A DNA stretch of 64,000 nt from the sequence record OV032902.1; one strand, 5' to 3'. Shown one piece after another: positions 19,001-29,196 of this stretch (position 1 is its first letter; each line of letters begins with the position of its first letter). Below the pieces are notes generated by a model. The model had not been told where the DNA came from, did no database searches, and saw nothing but the letters and a program-made list of their open reading frames with translations. The position numbers were made by a program, and so were the translations under genes.

Positions 19001-21732
19001 TCAGGGTTACCGGCAACATAGATATCTCGCTTACCATGTCCAGACATAAAGCCGAACGCAGAACCAAGAACATTGCCACCTGCATTAATAGTAGAGCTAG
19101 CTATATTAGCTGCACCGCCAATCAATGAGTTACCCATTCCAAACACACCGCGTGTGTAAGCTGCCAGGAAGTTAAGTCCTGCCGAACCGATACCTTCGCC
19201 TGATTGAATCAAGCTACGAATGAATCCAGGCTGAGGTTCGATATTAACTTCAAGATCTTTTTGATATAGAAGGTCAAGTAATTCAGCAGTAGTTGTAAAA
19301 CCACGCTCTACTAGACCATGCATTTGTTCCATTGCACCTAACATTGGATTAGGACCAGTCATGTCAGCTTCGACATCTTTACCGAAGAAGTCCGTCATGA
19401 TATGCACAGGTACTCCCTGTAATCCATCACGTTCAATACTAAATGCATTCCAGAAGTCATTACTGTCTGCTGACACAGAAGGACCCACAGGGCCGCCTAC
19501 GGCCGCATTGGTTCTTTGTTGGAAGCCAGAACGATCATCATCCATATTCAGGTCAAAGTCACGAGTGATATTTTGGTCAATCTCGTTAACTCCGCGTGAA
19601 CTGAAGTTTGTCAGCCCCATGCGATCAAGTAGGTCTTTTTGACCAGCCGCATAGAAACGGTTTATAGACTCTTGGAAGCTGCCGATAGTATCGCCTACGT
19701 CGCGACCTAGTCGCGCAATGATAGTGTCTACTTGACGAGGCTGAAGTTCAGTGTCATTAAACATGGCAACGATTTCATTAATCGCATTCGCAGACACATC
19801 TTTCTTGGCCAAGTCATCGGCAACGTTTTCTTTCTTAGGACGTAATCCCAAGATGCCGTAATCTGTTACCCAGTTCTCTAAAGCAAGTTGAGCTTCAGGA
19901 GACAAACGCTTACCGCCAGTCAAACGACGTACTGCGTCTTTAACTAGCATCTGCTTCTTAAGGTCAGCATCTTCGTTAGAAGCTATCTGTCCTAGAGCAC
20001 GTTCTAGCATCATGCCTTCTTTGCCTGACTTGGTTATCAGAGCCTGGATACGTTGCGAGCTATCGTCGCTTCTTCCGAGCAGGTCATTCTCGATACCTTC
20101 AGCAGATAAATCTACACCGCGATTACGAGCGTCTTGTAGATACTCGATAAATTCATCAGTGCGGCTCTCATCCATGAATCGTCCTTTATTAAACAACTTA
20201 GAAACTTCTTTAGCGTTCTGCTCACGAAGCATAGCCGAAGAGTTTGTAATGCTATTCAATGCATTCTGAGCGGCTTGTCGTTCAGTAGTGAAAGATTCAC
20301 TATTGATATCAAACACGATGCGCTCAGCTTCAGGACCAAAGTTCTGAATAGTCATCTGCTCCAAGATACGTGATAAGTAACCCGGAATAATTTCGATAAT
20401 AGAACGTCGAGTAATCTCATCGAAGTTCTGGATATCTGTTGCGCCAGTACCAGCTAGGTTCTGGTTAATGCCAACACGCAGTTCTTGCATGCGTGGAACC
20501 AAGCCACGTAGTTCATCTGCCAGGAAGGTAGATTGAACTCGCTCTAGGAATGGGAAACGTTCGATGGCTTTCTGGTTAAAGAATTGCCCGTCCCATGTAT
20601 CCAATGCGTCTACAAGCTCTGTTGGATAGTTCTCAGCATAGAAAGCTAAGTCTGCACCAACTTCTGCAATGCGTGGGTTCTTGGCGATAAACTTCTTCAA
20701 GTAACCACCAATCCTTTCAGCTGCCCACTCGGCACCCAATGAACCAGCAAGAGAACCAGCTAGTTCTTCGTTGCGAATATCATCAGCCATACCTAAAGCC
20801 GAAGTGATTTCCTGGCCCGCTTCTAATGCCTCGGTTAAATCGCCAACAGCACTCATTACACGACTCCTGACATTCTCCATTAGGTTTCCACCAAAGTTAG
20901 AGAAGTAGTCGCTGGCTGTTTCGATTGTCTTACCGAATAAACGTTCTTGGACTTGTTGACCATACGCTTCTGTTAAGCTGTCCTTTACGATATCCGGTAA
21001 CGAGGTATTCTTAGCGATTGCTTCCAGGCCACCTTTCGTATCAGTAGCAAAGGCTTTCATGATCGCAAGTGATTCGCGGTTAACAAAGTAATCGCGTTGT
21101 TGTAGCTCTAGCGTCTTACGCATCCAATCAATCTGAATGGTGTCTTGGAAAGACGTTAGTCGACGTAACTCAGACAAAGAAGAGCCATCCGCTTTAGCCT
21201 GTCGTGTAGACTCAGCTTGTGCGATAGCATTACTTTCTGCTGCCTCGGTACGTTCAAAAATAGAATTAAGTGTTGCTTGGATAGCAACGTCATCTTGACT
21301 CATTGAAGTAGCGTTTGACTTAGGGTCGTCATCTTCTGTCTTCAACATGTCGCGGATTTTATCCACATCCATCCCAAGGATAGACTTTTCTTCGACGTTC
21401 TTTAGAGCGTCTGCCAAATCCTTCTTGATGGAGTTAATCGGTCCTTTTATTGCTTTTCGGGCGTCATCATATAGTGAACGACCGGAGTCAATTGCAGAAC
21501 CCAATCGACCTGCTGCTAATGTGTATCCATCTGGCAAAGCATTCTGTGCTAAAATCTTAGCAATGGCTGCTTGGTTAGTGGTGTCTTTAAGAGAGTCAAT
21601 CGCGCCCTCACCGAAAGCTTCGATAGGGGTACGAGAATCTTCATCGACATCCATGGATTCAAAATCATCATCAAACAGATCATCAAAGTCATCAAGGTTC
21701 AGATCTTCATCTTCGAAATCGTAATCACTCAC
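16012..21732 (-). CDS. Tape-measure-like / lytic tail protein with M23 metallopeptidase domain (phiKZ gp181-like)
   Basis: About 1906 aa from a GTG with AAGGGG RBS. M23 motifs HRGVD, YTRYAHM and GNTGKSRGVHLHFEIR. Divergent from the RNAP genes. Confidence 0.8.
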   Translation of the reverse strand: MSDYDFEDEDLNLDDFDDLFDDDFESMDVDEDSRTPIEAFGEGAIDSLKDTTNQAAIAKILAQNALPDGYTLAAGRLGSAIDSGRSLYDDARKAIKGPINSIKKDLADALKNVEEKSILGMDVDKIRDMLKTEDDDPKSNATSMSQDDVAIQATLNSIFERTEAAESNAIAQAESTRQAKADGSSLSELRRLTSFQDTIQIDWMRKTLELQQRDYFVNRESLAIMKAFATDTKGGLEAIAKNTSLPDIVKDSLTEAYGQQVQERLFGKTIETASDYFSNFGGNLMENVRSRVMSAVGDLTEALEAGQEITSALGMADDIRNEELAGSLAGSLGAEWAAERIGGYLKKFIAKNPRIAEVGADLAFYAENYPTELVDALDTWDGQFFNQKAIERFPFLERVQSTFLADELRGLVPRMQELRVGINQNLAGTGATDIQNFDEITRRSIIEIIPGYLSRILEQMTIQNFGPEAERIVFDINSESFTTERQAAQNALNSITNSSAMLREQNAKEVSKLFNKGRFMDESRTDEFIEYLQDARNRGVDLSAEGIENDLLGRSDDSSQRIQALITKSGKEGMMLERALGQIASNEDADLKKQMLVKDAVRRLTGGKRLSPEAQLALENWVTDYGILGLRPKKENVADDLAKKDVSANAINEIVAMFNDTELQPRQVDTIIARLGRDVGDTIGSFQESINRFYAAGQKDLLDRMGLTNFSSRGVNEIDQNITRDFDLNMDDDRSGFQQRTNAAVGGPVGPSVSADSNDFWNAFSIERDGLQGVPVHIMTDFFGKDVEADMTGPNPMLGAMEQMHGLVERGFTTTAELLDLLYQKDLEVNIEPQPGFIRSLIQSGEGIGSAGLNFLAAYTRGVFGMGNSLIGGAANIASSTINAGGNVLGSAFGFMSGHGKRDIYVAGNPEPVITVADLKAGVFTDLNTGKPVRRLKDITGPVVDVEGNQIIKASDWDLGVFDKEGTPLQGLTSMIGGGLDALGGVWMAQTKFALNVVKKVVTAPFTLINRMFDGPKDIYVKGETMPVLSAMLMKNGGYFSEVSGKPVRRPSDIDGPVRDAAGNIVLSNAQILEGLVDVHGNAVDANAAVMLAKKTLGLVGGTAKLAWDVTKFGFTAPIKLAGMGLDKFRAMRGGSGSEPSPDEVAAMSDGTVLQNILNFMVARWPLEGAVINQDLLQQQLAQLEALNGAGGPAGDADGDGDRDNSLADIIARRGTNQERPGDQGEIDRKSKEEGDGKDSLLMTIIAGIAGTLTTIGGFIPGIAATLGGMFALNKATAVVDGLGGDGIDAGDGERRKRGKRGGRRGPKIPKAGANVARSAATRGLGSVVASGVGKQVLKKGGVMAAGALAAGTIAAPVIAAAGTAWTIWELGNYIADRLDAEPLEKLRYMQYGIDSESNDHLAAIRQTEDVLMDHVRATRKGVELRMENSKIVEEFAELWGVDPSSQADKDTLIQWFNIRVIPVFTRHYGAAYQIDKNVDLLDIDDEMDESQFPRFLNFVKTYPRKNPMGFMVPVYPMITRLISKEEADVYLTGLLSKYQNVPSTEEDRMVSDGYIEKAMKEAAGEISKPMTTSDAYTAMAQAKMNRDVATKPVPQPSRTMSQQAKTDLSDLSNRTSGAGAGFRIIKPCKGRLTSPYGNRRVKGKLTFHRGVDWADYEGSPIVAAADGIVRRHGWSDSYGKVTYIEHENGWYTRYAHMHTLADLKVGDKISQGTMIGTMGNTGKSRGVHLHFEIRGGATNAYKTYDPLKYIVNGTKEAKEAKDEENAIRKEKKESMGDTIEGVNTIITNAGGDVGAMDVDTSKSPSKPPVNDKAIEIGQRNATNDTLGEISKVGTAQNTELGKQTKALTSIAKSQARMVELLELLVDKDPVTIGQPAEQPTSTGTVRQTPSPTNVNASPVIDLGRT

Positions 21733-21799
21733 GACATTCCCCTTAAATTCAGTGTATGGTCTATTTGATTTGACCGCTTCCGAAACCAGGAGACATCCA

Positions 21800-23449
21800 A
21801 TGTCAAAACCCAAGTTAAAGTTAAGGAATGTTCCCTTTAACATTTCGCTGCTAACAAACAATCGTGCAGCAGCAACCAGTAACCTTCTTTCGGTGAAATC
21901 TCTAGCATTGATGGACCATCTTTCTTCAGACTTTCACCAGCATGGACTTTACTCAACAGTTATCTTTGGACAACAAGGCACAAAAGACCGTGACCGTCGT
22001 CGAAGCTACGTTGACTTGAAAGTTCCAGTATTTAACCCAGTATACTTTAAAGAACTGAAGCGACTCAAATCGCTATACGCTGACATCATCCTTGGTCGTG
22101 CCTATGCTAACTTTGACGAAAAAGAAAAAGACTTCGTTCGTTCTAAAGATGGCATCCTAGATGGCGAGACTGGTTTTGCATTCTTTGTTAAGCATTTTCC
22201 TAAGCTTGCATTCAAGCAAGGCGAATCGAAAGAACGTCAGTTACGTATCGAGGTTCTTGAAACGTATCGTAATGTTGCGCTTACAGATTTCATATTTGTA
22301 ATTCCTGCTGGTCTTCGTGACGTACAGTTCGATGAGAACGGTCGTCCAGTTGAAGAAGAGATTGGCCCGCTTTACCGTAAAGTTATCTCGGCTACGAATA
22401 CGATTCCTGACAACATGCCTGATAAAGAGAATCCTCTTTTAGATGGTCCACGTCGTTCTATTCAGATTGGCCTCAATGAGATCTATGAACACATCCTGAA
22501 TATCCTGTCTGGTAAGAAAGGCTTTATCTCAGGCAAGTTTGGTTCTCGTCGTGTATTCGGCACAACTCGTAACGTACTTACCTCGATGGAAACGTCATCT
22601 GCTGTTTTAGGTGATGCTAAGCAACCTGACTTAAGTACAACCATTAATGGTCTATTCCAGTTCATTAAAGGCGTTGAGCCTATCCTTGGTCTTTACGAAA
22701 TTAAACAATACTTCCTGCGTGAATTCTTTGAAGACATTGACACAGAAGTACAACTTATCAACCGCAAGACTTTGAAAGCCGAACCGGTTGTTATTTCCTC
22801 ACGTCAGCGTGACAAGTGGGGAACTAAAGAAGGCATTCAGAAACTGATTAACGGTTACAAGAATGTTAAGACTCGTCACAAACCTGTCTTTATTGACGGC
22901 TACTACCTGAAGCTTATTTATCAAGACGATAAGTACTTCCGCGTAATGAACAGCATTGACGAGTTACCTGCTGGTTGGGATAAAGCTAAAGTACGTCCTA
23001 TGACTTGGACGGAAATGTTCTATCTACATGCTGAGCGCATTATGCCTCGCACTCGTGTATTCAATACACGTTACCCAGTAACAGGTCTAGGTTCTACGTA
23101 TCCTTCTGAAGTATATCTGAAAACAACCATCACTGGTCTACGTCTAACGGAACTAGATGAGAACTGGAATCCAACTGAGAAAGAAGTACTTGAGTTTCCT
23201 CGTACTCTTGAGAAGATGGCTTTCCATGAATCAATGGTTGTTCATCCGTCGTTCCTTGGTCCACTAGGTGCCGACTTCGATGGCGATATGCTGTCTTGTA
23301 ACTACGTTTGGTCTAAAGACTCTGTGGCGGAAGTAGATGCCCTCCTAGGTAGCTGGGAAAACTATCTATCTCCATCAGGTGGTCTGACTTATGATTCTAT
23401 GAACGATGTAACCGAATGGGTTCTATCATTCATGACTGGCTTTGAGTAA
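21800..23449 (+). CDS. Virion RNA polymerase beta' subunit, catalytic piece (phiKZ gp180-like)
   Basis: Catalytic ADFDGD motif and KKGFISGKFGSRRV. AGGAG RBS before MSKPKL. Confidence 0.9.
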   Translation: MSKPKLKLRNVPFNISLLTNNRAAATSNLLSVKSLALMDHLSSDFHQHGLYSTVIFGQQGTKDRDRRRSYVDLKVPVFNPVYFKELKRLKSLYADIILGRAYANFDEKEKDFVRSKDGILDGETGFAFFVKHFPKLAFKQGESKERQLRIEVLETYRNVALTDFIFVIPAGLRDVQFDENGRPVEEEIGPLYRKVISATNTIPDNMPDKENPLLDGPRRSIQIGLNEIYEHILNILSGKKGFISGKFGSRRVFGTTRNVLTSMETSSAVLGDAKQPDLSTTINGLFQFIKGVEPILGLYEIKQYFLREFFEDIDTEVQLINRKTLKAEPVVISSRQRDKWGTKEGIQKLINGYKNVKTRHKPVFIDGYYLKLIYQDDKYFRVMNSIDELPAGWDKAKVRPMTWTEMFYLHAERIMPRTRVFNTRYPVTGLGSTYPSEVYLKTTITGLRLTELDENWNPTEKEVLEFPRTLEKMAFHESMVVHPSFLGPLGADFDGDMLSCNYVWSKDSVAEVDALLGSWENYLSPSGGLTYDSMNDVTEWVLSFMTGFE

Positions 23450-23460
23450 AAGGAAACACA

Positions 23461-26400
23461 ATGCTTACCTTAGACGCATTTCATACGAGATTCGTTCATC
23501 GCGAAAACACAACTCTTTCTTCGCCTCGTTTATTCGATGCGTTTGACGTAGCACTGCCACGCAACTCAACTATCCACTATATCAGTGACACACAAGCTGA
23601 CATTGGTATACGTGGTAGTCATCCATTACTACAACACACAGGCGGTCAAGCACGCATCGCCTTTGTAGTTGATGGTTACGGCAGCTACGGCAAATACACA
23701 AAACTTGCGACGAACCAAAGCTCTCTTATTCGAAACTATCGTGCTTCTCAGAAAGGCATGGATTACTTCTCCACGGTTGCAAAGGCAACTGCGCGTGAAG
23801 AACAATTGGCTGTAGTCGATTACAGTCTTTTGACTCGTATGTTCAAATACCGCCAGGCTATTACACGTTTGTATGATGAATGGCGAAACATCACTACGGC
23901 TGTTGTTAACCAGATCAATGACCCTGGCAACATCCGTAATAACTTTATCTACATTCAGCTTCCTCAAGCTTTACCTGAAGAAGCAGTATTAAAGAATGTA
24001 GTTGACGACCTGAAGAATACTTACCTAGACAAGATTGCAACTCCTGGTGCTTTCTGGATTCGCGAACTGCGTAACTACATGCTAGGTAAAGAAGAAGTAC
24101 TTAAGCTGGAAAATCCGGCTAAGACTTTCTTTGTAATCTCAGAAGGCCGTAAATCAGTTATCCTTCCTGCTGTCCAACTTAAAGAACGCGGTGAATCACA
24201 AGTAACTAAGTTCTACGACATGCTTGAGAAGTTGATTGCTGAACGTCCAGGTGCTGATAATGATGCTCTTGCTGATGAGAGCACTGAAGGCGCTAACGTT
24301 ACTGACGAAGACCAAATCGTTAAAGGCGTGCCAAACACAATGGTTCGTAAAGTTGTTGAACTAAACGAAGCAGGCAAGCTAACTCAGTCACAAGCTCGCG
24401 CAATGATTAACGTTGCTCAGCGACAACCTAACCTACAGTCACCTTTCAGTGACCGTAAAGTTGGGGAGGCTTCTAAAGTAACTGAAAAGATGAAGGAAGT
24501 TAACGAGGAACTTAAAACTCCTGTTAACAACAAAATGGTTAAACCTCACATGCGACGCGCTACGACAAACAGTCTATATCGCGACTATGTAAAGGAAGGC
24601 CTATACGAAGCTGACATGTTGAACATGATGCAGCACTTCACTAATGCCGGCGTTATGATTCAGGACTTAAAAGTATCTGACAAGATTGATGCATTGAACG
24701 ATGCACAAACAATCTCGATGAAACTACTTCCTGTGAACGGTAAAGCTAGCACAGTTAACTTTGATTTGTTCCACGTTAATGAAGACGGCTCTTTCATGGC
24801 AGACGGCGTTAAGTACGCAATGGATGCACAGAAAGTTGATATGCCTATTCGTAAGACACATGCATTCCGTGCGGCTTTGACATCTTACTTCGGTAAATTA
24901 TTCATCCAGCGTTCTCGTCTTGCGACAAGTGACATGTCTGGTTGGATTGTTAAGAAGCTATCTAATGCTGGTCTTAACTCAGATGACAAACGTGTTAACA
25001 ATATCCGATTCGGTGAAAACCCGATTCCTAAGACTCGTCTACCTCGTGCTTATACAGCGGTAATGACAGAGATTTCAGAATTCAAACATCCAGCTGGTGC
25101 GGTGTTCTATTTCGAATACCAACGAGCTAATGAAATCTTTGGCGAAGCTAATGTGAAGAAGTACAACCGTGACGGTAATGTTCTTGTTGCTAAGAAAGAC
25201 AAGCTTCTATTCATTATGAATGAGAAGAATGAAATCCACGAAGTGGGTGCTAAGAAAGTACCTCATGGCGATTTCATGGATTTGATTGGCGGCAAAGAAG
25301 GATGGGGTAAGAAGCCTCAAGAATTCACAGAGCTGGCAAACCTAAAAGGTAAGCGTGTGCCTATCGGCGTTCTGTTAGGTTACTACTTAGGCCTAGGTAA
25401 ACTTATTCGCTTACTTGGCGTTAAGTATCGCTTTGAACCAGCCAACGTTCGTTCGACCGCAAGAGAAGAAGAGTTTACTCTTACTTTCCAAGATCAACGA
25501 GCACACTTCACTTTCCCTGATAAGAAATCTGAACTTATCATTGCCGGCTTTAACGTAGTTGCTGAAGTACTGAAGGGCTACCAGGTAGGGGACTTGAATA
25601 AACGCGAAACTTACTTCCCAATCCTAGCGGGCTTAGGTTGTAAGAAATTCCACATGACTGAACTAGAACTCATTGATGAGCTTTTCGTTGACCCAATCAC
25701 GAAAGAAATTCTGATTGACATGAAAGAGCCTACTAACATCAGAGATCTATTTATTCGTTGTACTGAACTGGTAGTATCGGATGAACACCCAGATGAAACA
25801 GACCCTGAGTTTATGCGTGAGCGTCGACTAGAGCGTATTCCTGGATTCTTCTACTCTACGATGGTTAAGTCTATCCGCGAACAGCGTAACAAACCTAACC
25901 CATCGATTCATCCAGTTTATGTTGGTCCACGCGATGTTTGGTCTGCGGTTCTTGAAGATAGTACGACGCAGCTTGTTAAAGAGCTAAACCCTATTCATAC
26001 ATTGAAACAGTTAGAATCTGTATCTCTGTCTGGTGAAGGTGGTCGTGCAGCAGAAACACTAGTTAAGTCTTCTCGTGTTTTCCATGAGAAAGATGTAGGA
26101 CGTTATTCGATGGATACGCCTGACTCAGGCAAAGTAGGTATCCGTACGTTTGCTCCGCCTAATGCTCGTGTTAAGAACCAACGTGGTACTCATGGTGACT
26201 TTGACTTTGCTCGTGATGGTGCTACTTCTGTACTGTCTACTACTGGTCTAATTCTACCAGCAATGCACCACGACGATGGTAAGCGTCAGAACCTTGGCTC
26301 GGTACAGCAATCCGCTGTTACTCCTGCTGTTGGTTACGACATTGCTCCTTGTCGAACTGGTTACGAATCTATTGTAGGTTCACGTCTTGGTGATCTTTAC

Positions 26401-27408
26401 GTTAAGACTGCTGAAAAGGCAGGTAAGGTTACTGAGGTAAGTAAGGACTTCTTGAGTGTTGAATACTCGGATGGTTCGAAGAAGGGATGGGCTATCGGTA
26501 CTTTCCACGGAAAGGCTGAAGGTAAAGCTATTCCGCATATGTACGATACAGACATGTCAGTTGGTGATAAGTTTGAAGAAGGCGATATCCTAGCATGGAA
26601 CACTGGTTTCTTTGTTCGTGATATCTTTGCCCCTCGTAACGTCGTTATGAAAACGGGTGCTCTATTCCGTACCGTACTTATGGAAAACAACGATACACTA
26701 GAAGATGGTTCTCGTATTGGTCCTCGTGTTAAGTCTAAGCTTGCCACATGGACTTCTAAAGAGAAAGGTATTCTTATTAAAGCTGACCAAGTTGTTGAAG
26801 ACTTAGTTCAAGTCGGTCAAGAAGTAATGGATGACGATGTTCTTTGTCGTATCCTAGAAGCTGGTACAGAAGGTATTGCTAGTACAGATGCCTCACTAGC
26901 TGCTCTTAACCGCTTAACTGGTAACAACCCGCGCTCACCTAAACAAGGTAAGATTGGTCGCATTGAAGTTGTATACAACGGCAACCCTGAAGATTTCAGT
27001 CCTTCACTGCAAGCTATTATTGAGTCCGACAATAAACGTCGTGCTAAGCTTGCTCGTAAGACTGGTGGTCGCGTTGCAAAGACAGGTCAGATTTCTCGTG
27101 CTACTTTCGTAGCGGGTGAAAAGGTTCTACCTGGTACTTTGTGTATCGCAATCTACATCGACAGCCTACTTGACTTTAACCCTGGTGATAAGTTCTCTGT
27201 AGCTAACCAGCTTAAGTCAGTACCTGGTGGAACACTAGATGGAGTTAACGTAACTCTAGATGGTAAAGAGATCGATGTAATCTTTGGATACCGCTCTGTA
27301 AACGACCGTATCGTAGGTTCACCTATCAAACAGGGTTCTGTTAACACGACCATGATCTTCTGTACAGATGACGTTATGGACGTTTTAATCAACGGCCCGA
27401 AGAAGTAA
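23461..27408 (+). CDS. Virion RNA polymerase beta subunit, large piece (phiKZ gp178-like)
   Basis: DTPDSGKVG, HHDDGKRQNLGSVQQ, EDG and GDKFSVANQLKS motifs of RNAP beta. Confidence 0.88.
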   Translation: MLTLDAFHTRFVHRENTTLSSPRLFDAFDVALPRNSTIHYISDTQADIGIRGSHPLLQHTGGQARIAFVVDGYGSYGKYTKLATNQSSLIRNYRASQKGMDYFSTVAKATAREEQLAVVDYSLLTRMFKYRQAITRLYDEWRNITTAVVNQINDPGNIRNNFIYIQLPQALPEEAVLKNVVDDLKNTYLDKIATPGAFWIRELRNYMLGKEEVLKLENPAKTFFVISEGRKSVILPAVQLKERGESQVTKFYDMLEKLIAERPGADNDALADESTEGANVTDEDQIVKGVPNTMVRKVVELNEAGKLTQSQARAMINVAQRQPNLQSPFSDRKVGEASKVTEKMKEVNEELKTPVNNKMVKPHMRRATTNSLYRDYVKEGLYEADMLNMMQHFTNAGVMIQDLKVSDKIDALNDAQTISMKLLPVNGKASTVNFDLFHVNEDGSFMADGVKYAMDAQKVDMPIRKTHAFRAALTSYFGKLFIQRSRLATSDMSGWIVKKLSNAGLNSDDKRVNNIRFGENPIPKTRLPRAYTAVMTEISEFKHPAGAVFYFEYQRANEIFGEANVKKYNRDGNVLVAKKDKLLFIMNEKNEIHEVGAKKVPHGDFMDLIGGKEGWGKKPQEFTELANLKGKRVPIGVLLGYYLGLGKLIRLLGVKYRFEPANVRSTAREEEFTLTFQDQRAHFTFPDKKSELIIAGFNVVAEVLKGYQVGDLNKRETYFPILAGLGCKKFHMTELELIDELFVDPITKEILIDMKEPTNIRDLFIRCTELVVSDEHPDETDPEFMRERRLERIPGFFYSTMVKSIREQRNKPNPSIHPVYVGPRDVWSAVLEDSTTQLVKELNPIHTLKQLESVSLSGEGGRAAETLVKSSRVFHEKDVGRYSMDTPDSGKVGIRTFAPPNARVKNQRGTHGDFDFARDGATSVLSTTGLILPAMHHDDGKRQNLGSVQQSAVTPAVGYDIAPCRTGYESIVGSRLGDLYVKTAEKAGKVTEVSKDFLSVEYSDGSKKGWAIGTFHGKAEGKAIPHMYDTDMSVGDKFEEGDILAWNTGFFVRDIFAPRNVVMKTGALFRTVLMENNDTLEDGSRIGPRVKSKLATWTSKEKGILIKADQVVEDLVQVGQEVMDDDVLCRILEAGTEGIASTDASLAALNRLTGNNPRSPKQGKIGRIEVVYNGNPEDFSPSLQAIIESDNKRRAKLARKTGGRVAKTGQISRATFVAGEKVLPGTLCIAIYIDSLLDFNPGDKFSVANQLKSVPGGTLDGVNVTLDGKEIDVIFGYRSVNDRIVGSPIKQGSVNTTMIFCTDDVMDVLINGPKK

Positions 27409-27506
27409 AGGTAAAACAAATAAGATAGGGCGATCATCGCCCTTCTTAAATTAACCTCCCAGTCAAAATGCGCATTGACAAATCGGGAAAAAATTTGGAG
27501 TTGAAC

Positions 27507-27695
27507 ATGTTCACTAATTCCGTAAAACGACAAAACGCTACAGTTGCTACGGCTTCTGTTGATCTGATTGTTGCTGTCGTGAAAAGCATGGAAGGCAAGT
27601 ACTTTGGTCAAGTAGATGAAAATGCCATCGCTGACCTGGCTGCTCGCCAGTATTCAAACGAAATTATCAATCGGAGAGATCACGATGCTAAATAA
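27507..27695 (+). CDS. Small hypothetical protein
   Basis: 62 aa with GGAG RBS. Confidence 0.5.
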   Translation: MFTNSVKRQNATVATASVDLIVAVVKSMEGKYFGQVDENAIADLAARQYSNEIINRRDHDAK

Positions 27696-29136
27696 CACGG
27701 CAACTGCTCTAGGCTTAACTATTGGTAATAATGCTACATCACGTGGCATTCAGCTAGGCGCTATGCCGGGCACGCCACTTAAAGCACTTGTGACTACACT
27801 GGCTGCTGTTGGTGACAAAGAGTTCCAACAACGTGGTGGCGAAGCTCTATCGAAAGCTGCACAGAGCTCAAACCTTAATCCTCATAACCATGAAGACGAA
27901 AAAGCTGAATTGGTTAAGAACATCCGTGCTATCGTTGAAAACAAAACGCTACGCACAATCCAAGAAGATCTAAACCCTCTTATCCGTGACATCCGTACGG
28001 AAGTATCTCGTCAGCGTGTTTCTATCGCAGAAGAAAATGCTTTGGGTCTAGACATCGTTATGCACGAACTATCTCCTGTATACACTAGCTCTTACATTGA
28101 AACTTTGGTTACTACTGGTCTACGTGAACAGCGTACAACCACAATGAACCAAACTCTACGTCGTCGTATCCTGGCTGACCTATCTATCGAAAGCCTAGGT
28201 AAAGCTGTTGAAACTCCATCTGCGGAATTGAATGCACAAATCTTGGAGCTTATTCAAAAGCACGACGAGCGTTCTGTTGACGGTATTCTTACTGACCTTA
28301 TGTCTGGTCAAAAGTCTGGCGTTGTTAGTTTCTTTACTGATCACTCTGAGCTATTGTCTTACCTATTGCTTCGTGGCGTACAAGCAGACAAACACCCGTA
28401 CATCAAGCTAGATTCTCTAAGCACAGATGAGCGTGTTGAACTTGGCCGTGCTACTGCTACTTACCAGTACATCCTAAGTCGTCGTCTTGCTAACCATAAC
28501 CGTATCAATCAGAAAGCTACAACTTTCATTGCGGTAGAAGGTAAGAAGATGCACGTTGTTGCTAAGAACTACATGGCATGGACTGAGAAAGAAGAGAACA
28601 CTAAAGAAGCTGTCTTCGGTGCTATCCTTCGTCACGGTGCTCGTGCAACTGACGTTCTTCACAGCGACGCAAGTCGTAAAGAACTTGAGAAAGCTTACAC
28701 TAGCCATGCTGTTATCACTAACGGTAAAACTAAGGCTCTTGCTGATAGCAAAGTTGAAGAGATTACTCGCAACTTTATTATCCGTCACTTCAATGACGAA
28801 GCTGAATCTTCTAACGCTGCTAAAGAAAGCTTGTCTACAGATATCGCATCTGTTCGTGAGTTCTTCTCTATGTACAGCAAAGATGCTCTAGTATCTGACG
28901 AAGAGTTCATTACTCGTGCAGTTTGTAAAACTGTAGGTCGCGGAATCGACGCTGAAGTCGTTATCCTTGAAATGCAACGTTTCCTTGAGAAAGAAGGTAA
29001 CGAAGACATGGAACTACAAGTTGCTCTGCAATACGCTGTAACATGTCTACTGGCTCGTTACATGGCACGTCAAACTACTACAGAGAAAGTTGATCTTTCT
29101 ATGTTTGGTAATACCTCTGCCGTTGTTGGTAGCTAA
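27685..29136 (+). CDS. Conserved hypothetical protein (phiKZ gp177-like position)
   Basis: 483 aa from MLNNTAT, with GGAG RBS. Confidence 0.6.
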   Translation: MLNNTATALGLTIGNNATSRGIQLGAMPGTPLKALVTTLAAVGDKEFQQRGGEALSKAAQSSNLNPHNHEDEKAELVKNIRAIVENKTLRTIQEDLNPLIRDIRTEVSRQRVSIAEENALGLDIVMHELSPVYTSSYIETLVTTGLREQRTTTMNQTLRRRILADLSIESLGKAVETPSAELNAQILELIQKHDERSVDGILTDLMSGQKSGVVSFFTDHSELLSYLLLRGVQADKHPYIKLDSLSTDERVELGRATATYQYILSRRLANHNRINQKATTFIAVEGKKMHVVAKNYMAWTEKEENTKEAVFGAILRHGARATDVLHSDASRKELEKAYTSHAVITNGKTKALADSKVEEITRNFIIRHFNDEAESSNAAKESLSTDIASVREFFSMYSKDALVSDEEFITRAVCKTVGRGIDAEVVILEMQRFLEKEGNEDMELQVALQYAVTCLLARYMARQTTTEKVDLSMFGNTSAVVGS

Positions 29137-29196
29137 ATACACTTTAAAGGTCGGGGCTAAAATCCTGACCTTTATTTCTCGCTTTAAGGAAAGACG

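Noticed and set aside
14068-21724. Many 60-230 aa ORFs antisense to the tail genes (and similar nested ORFs elsewhere)
   Set aside because: Shadow frames of long real genes, with no RBS or recognisable motifs.
21733-21861. N-terminal extensions of the 16012-21861 and 21752-23449 ORFs, giving an apparent divergent overlap
   Set aside because: RBS-supported starts at 21732 (GTG) and 21800 remove the overlap.
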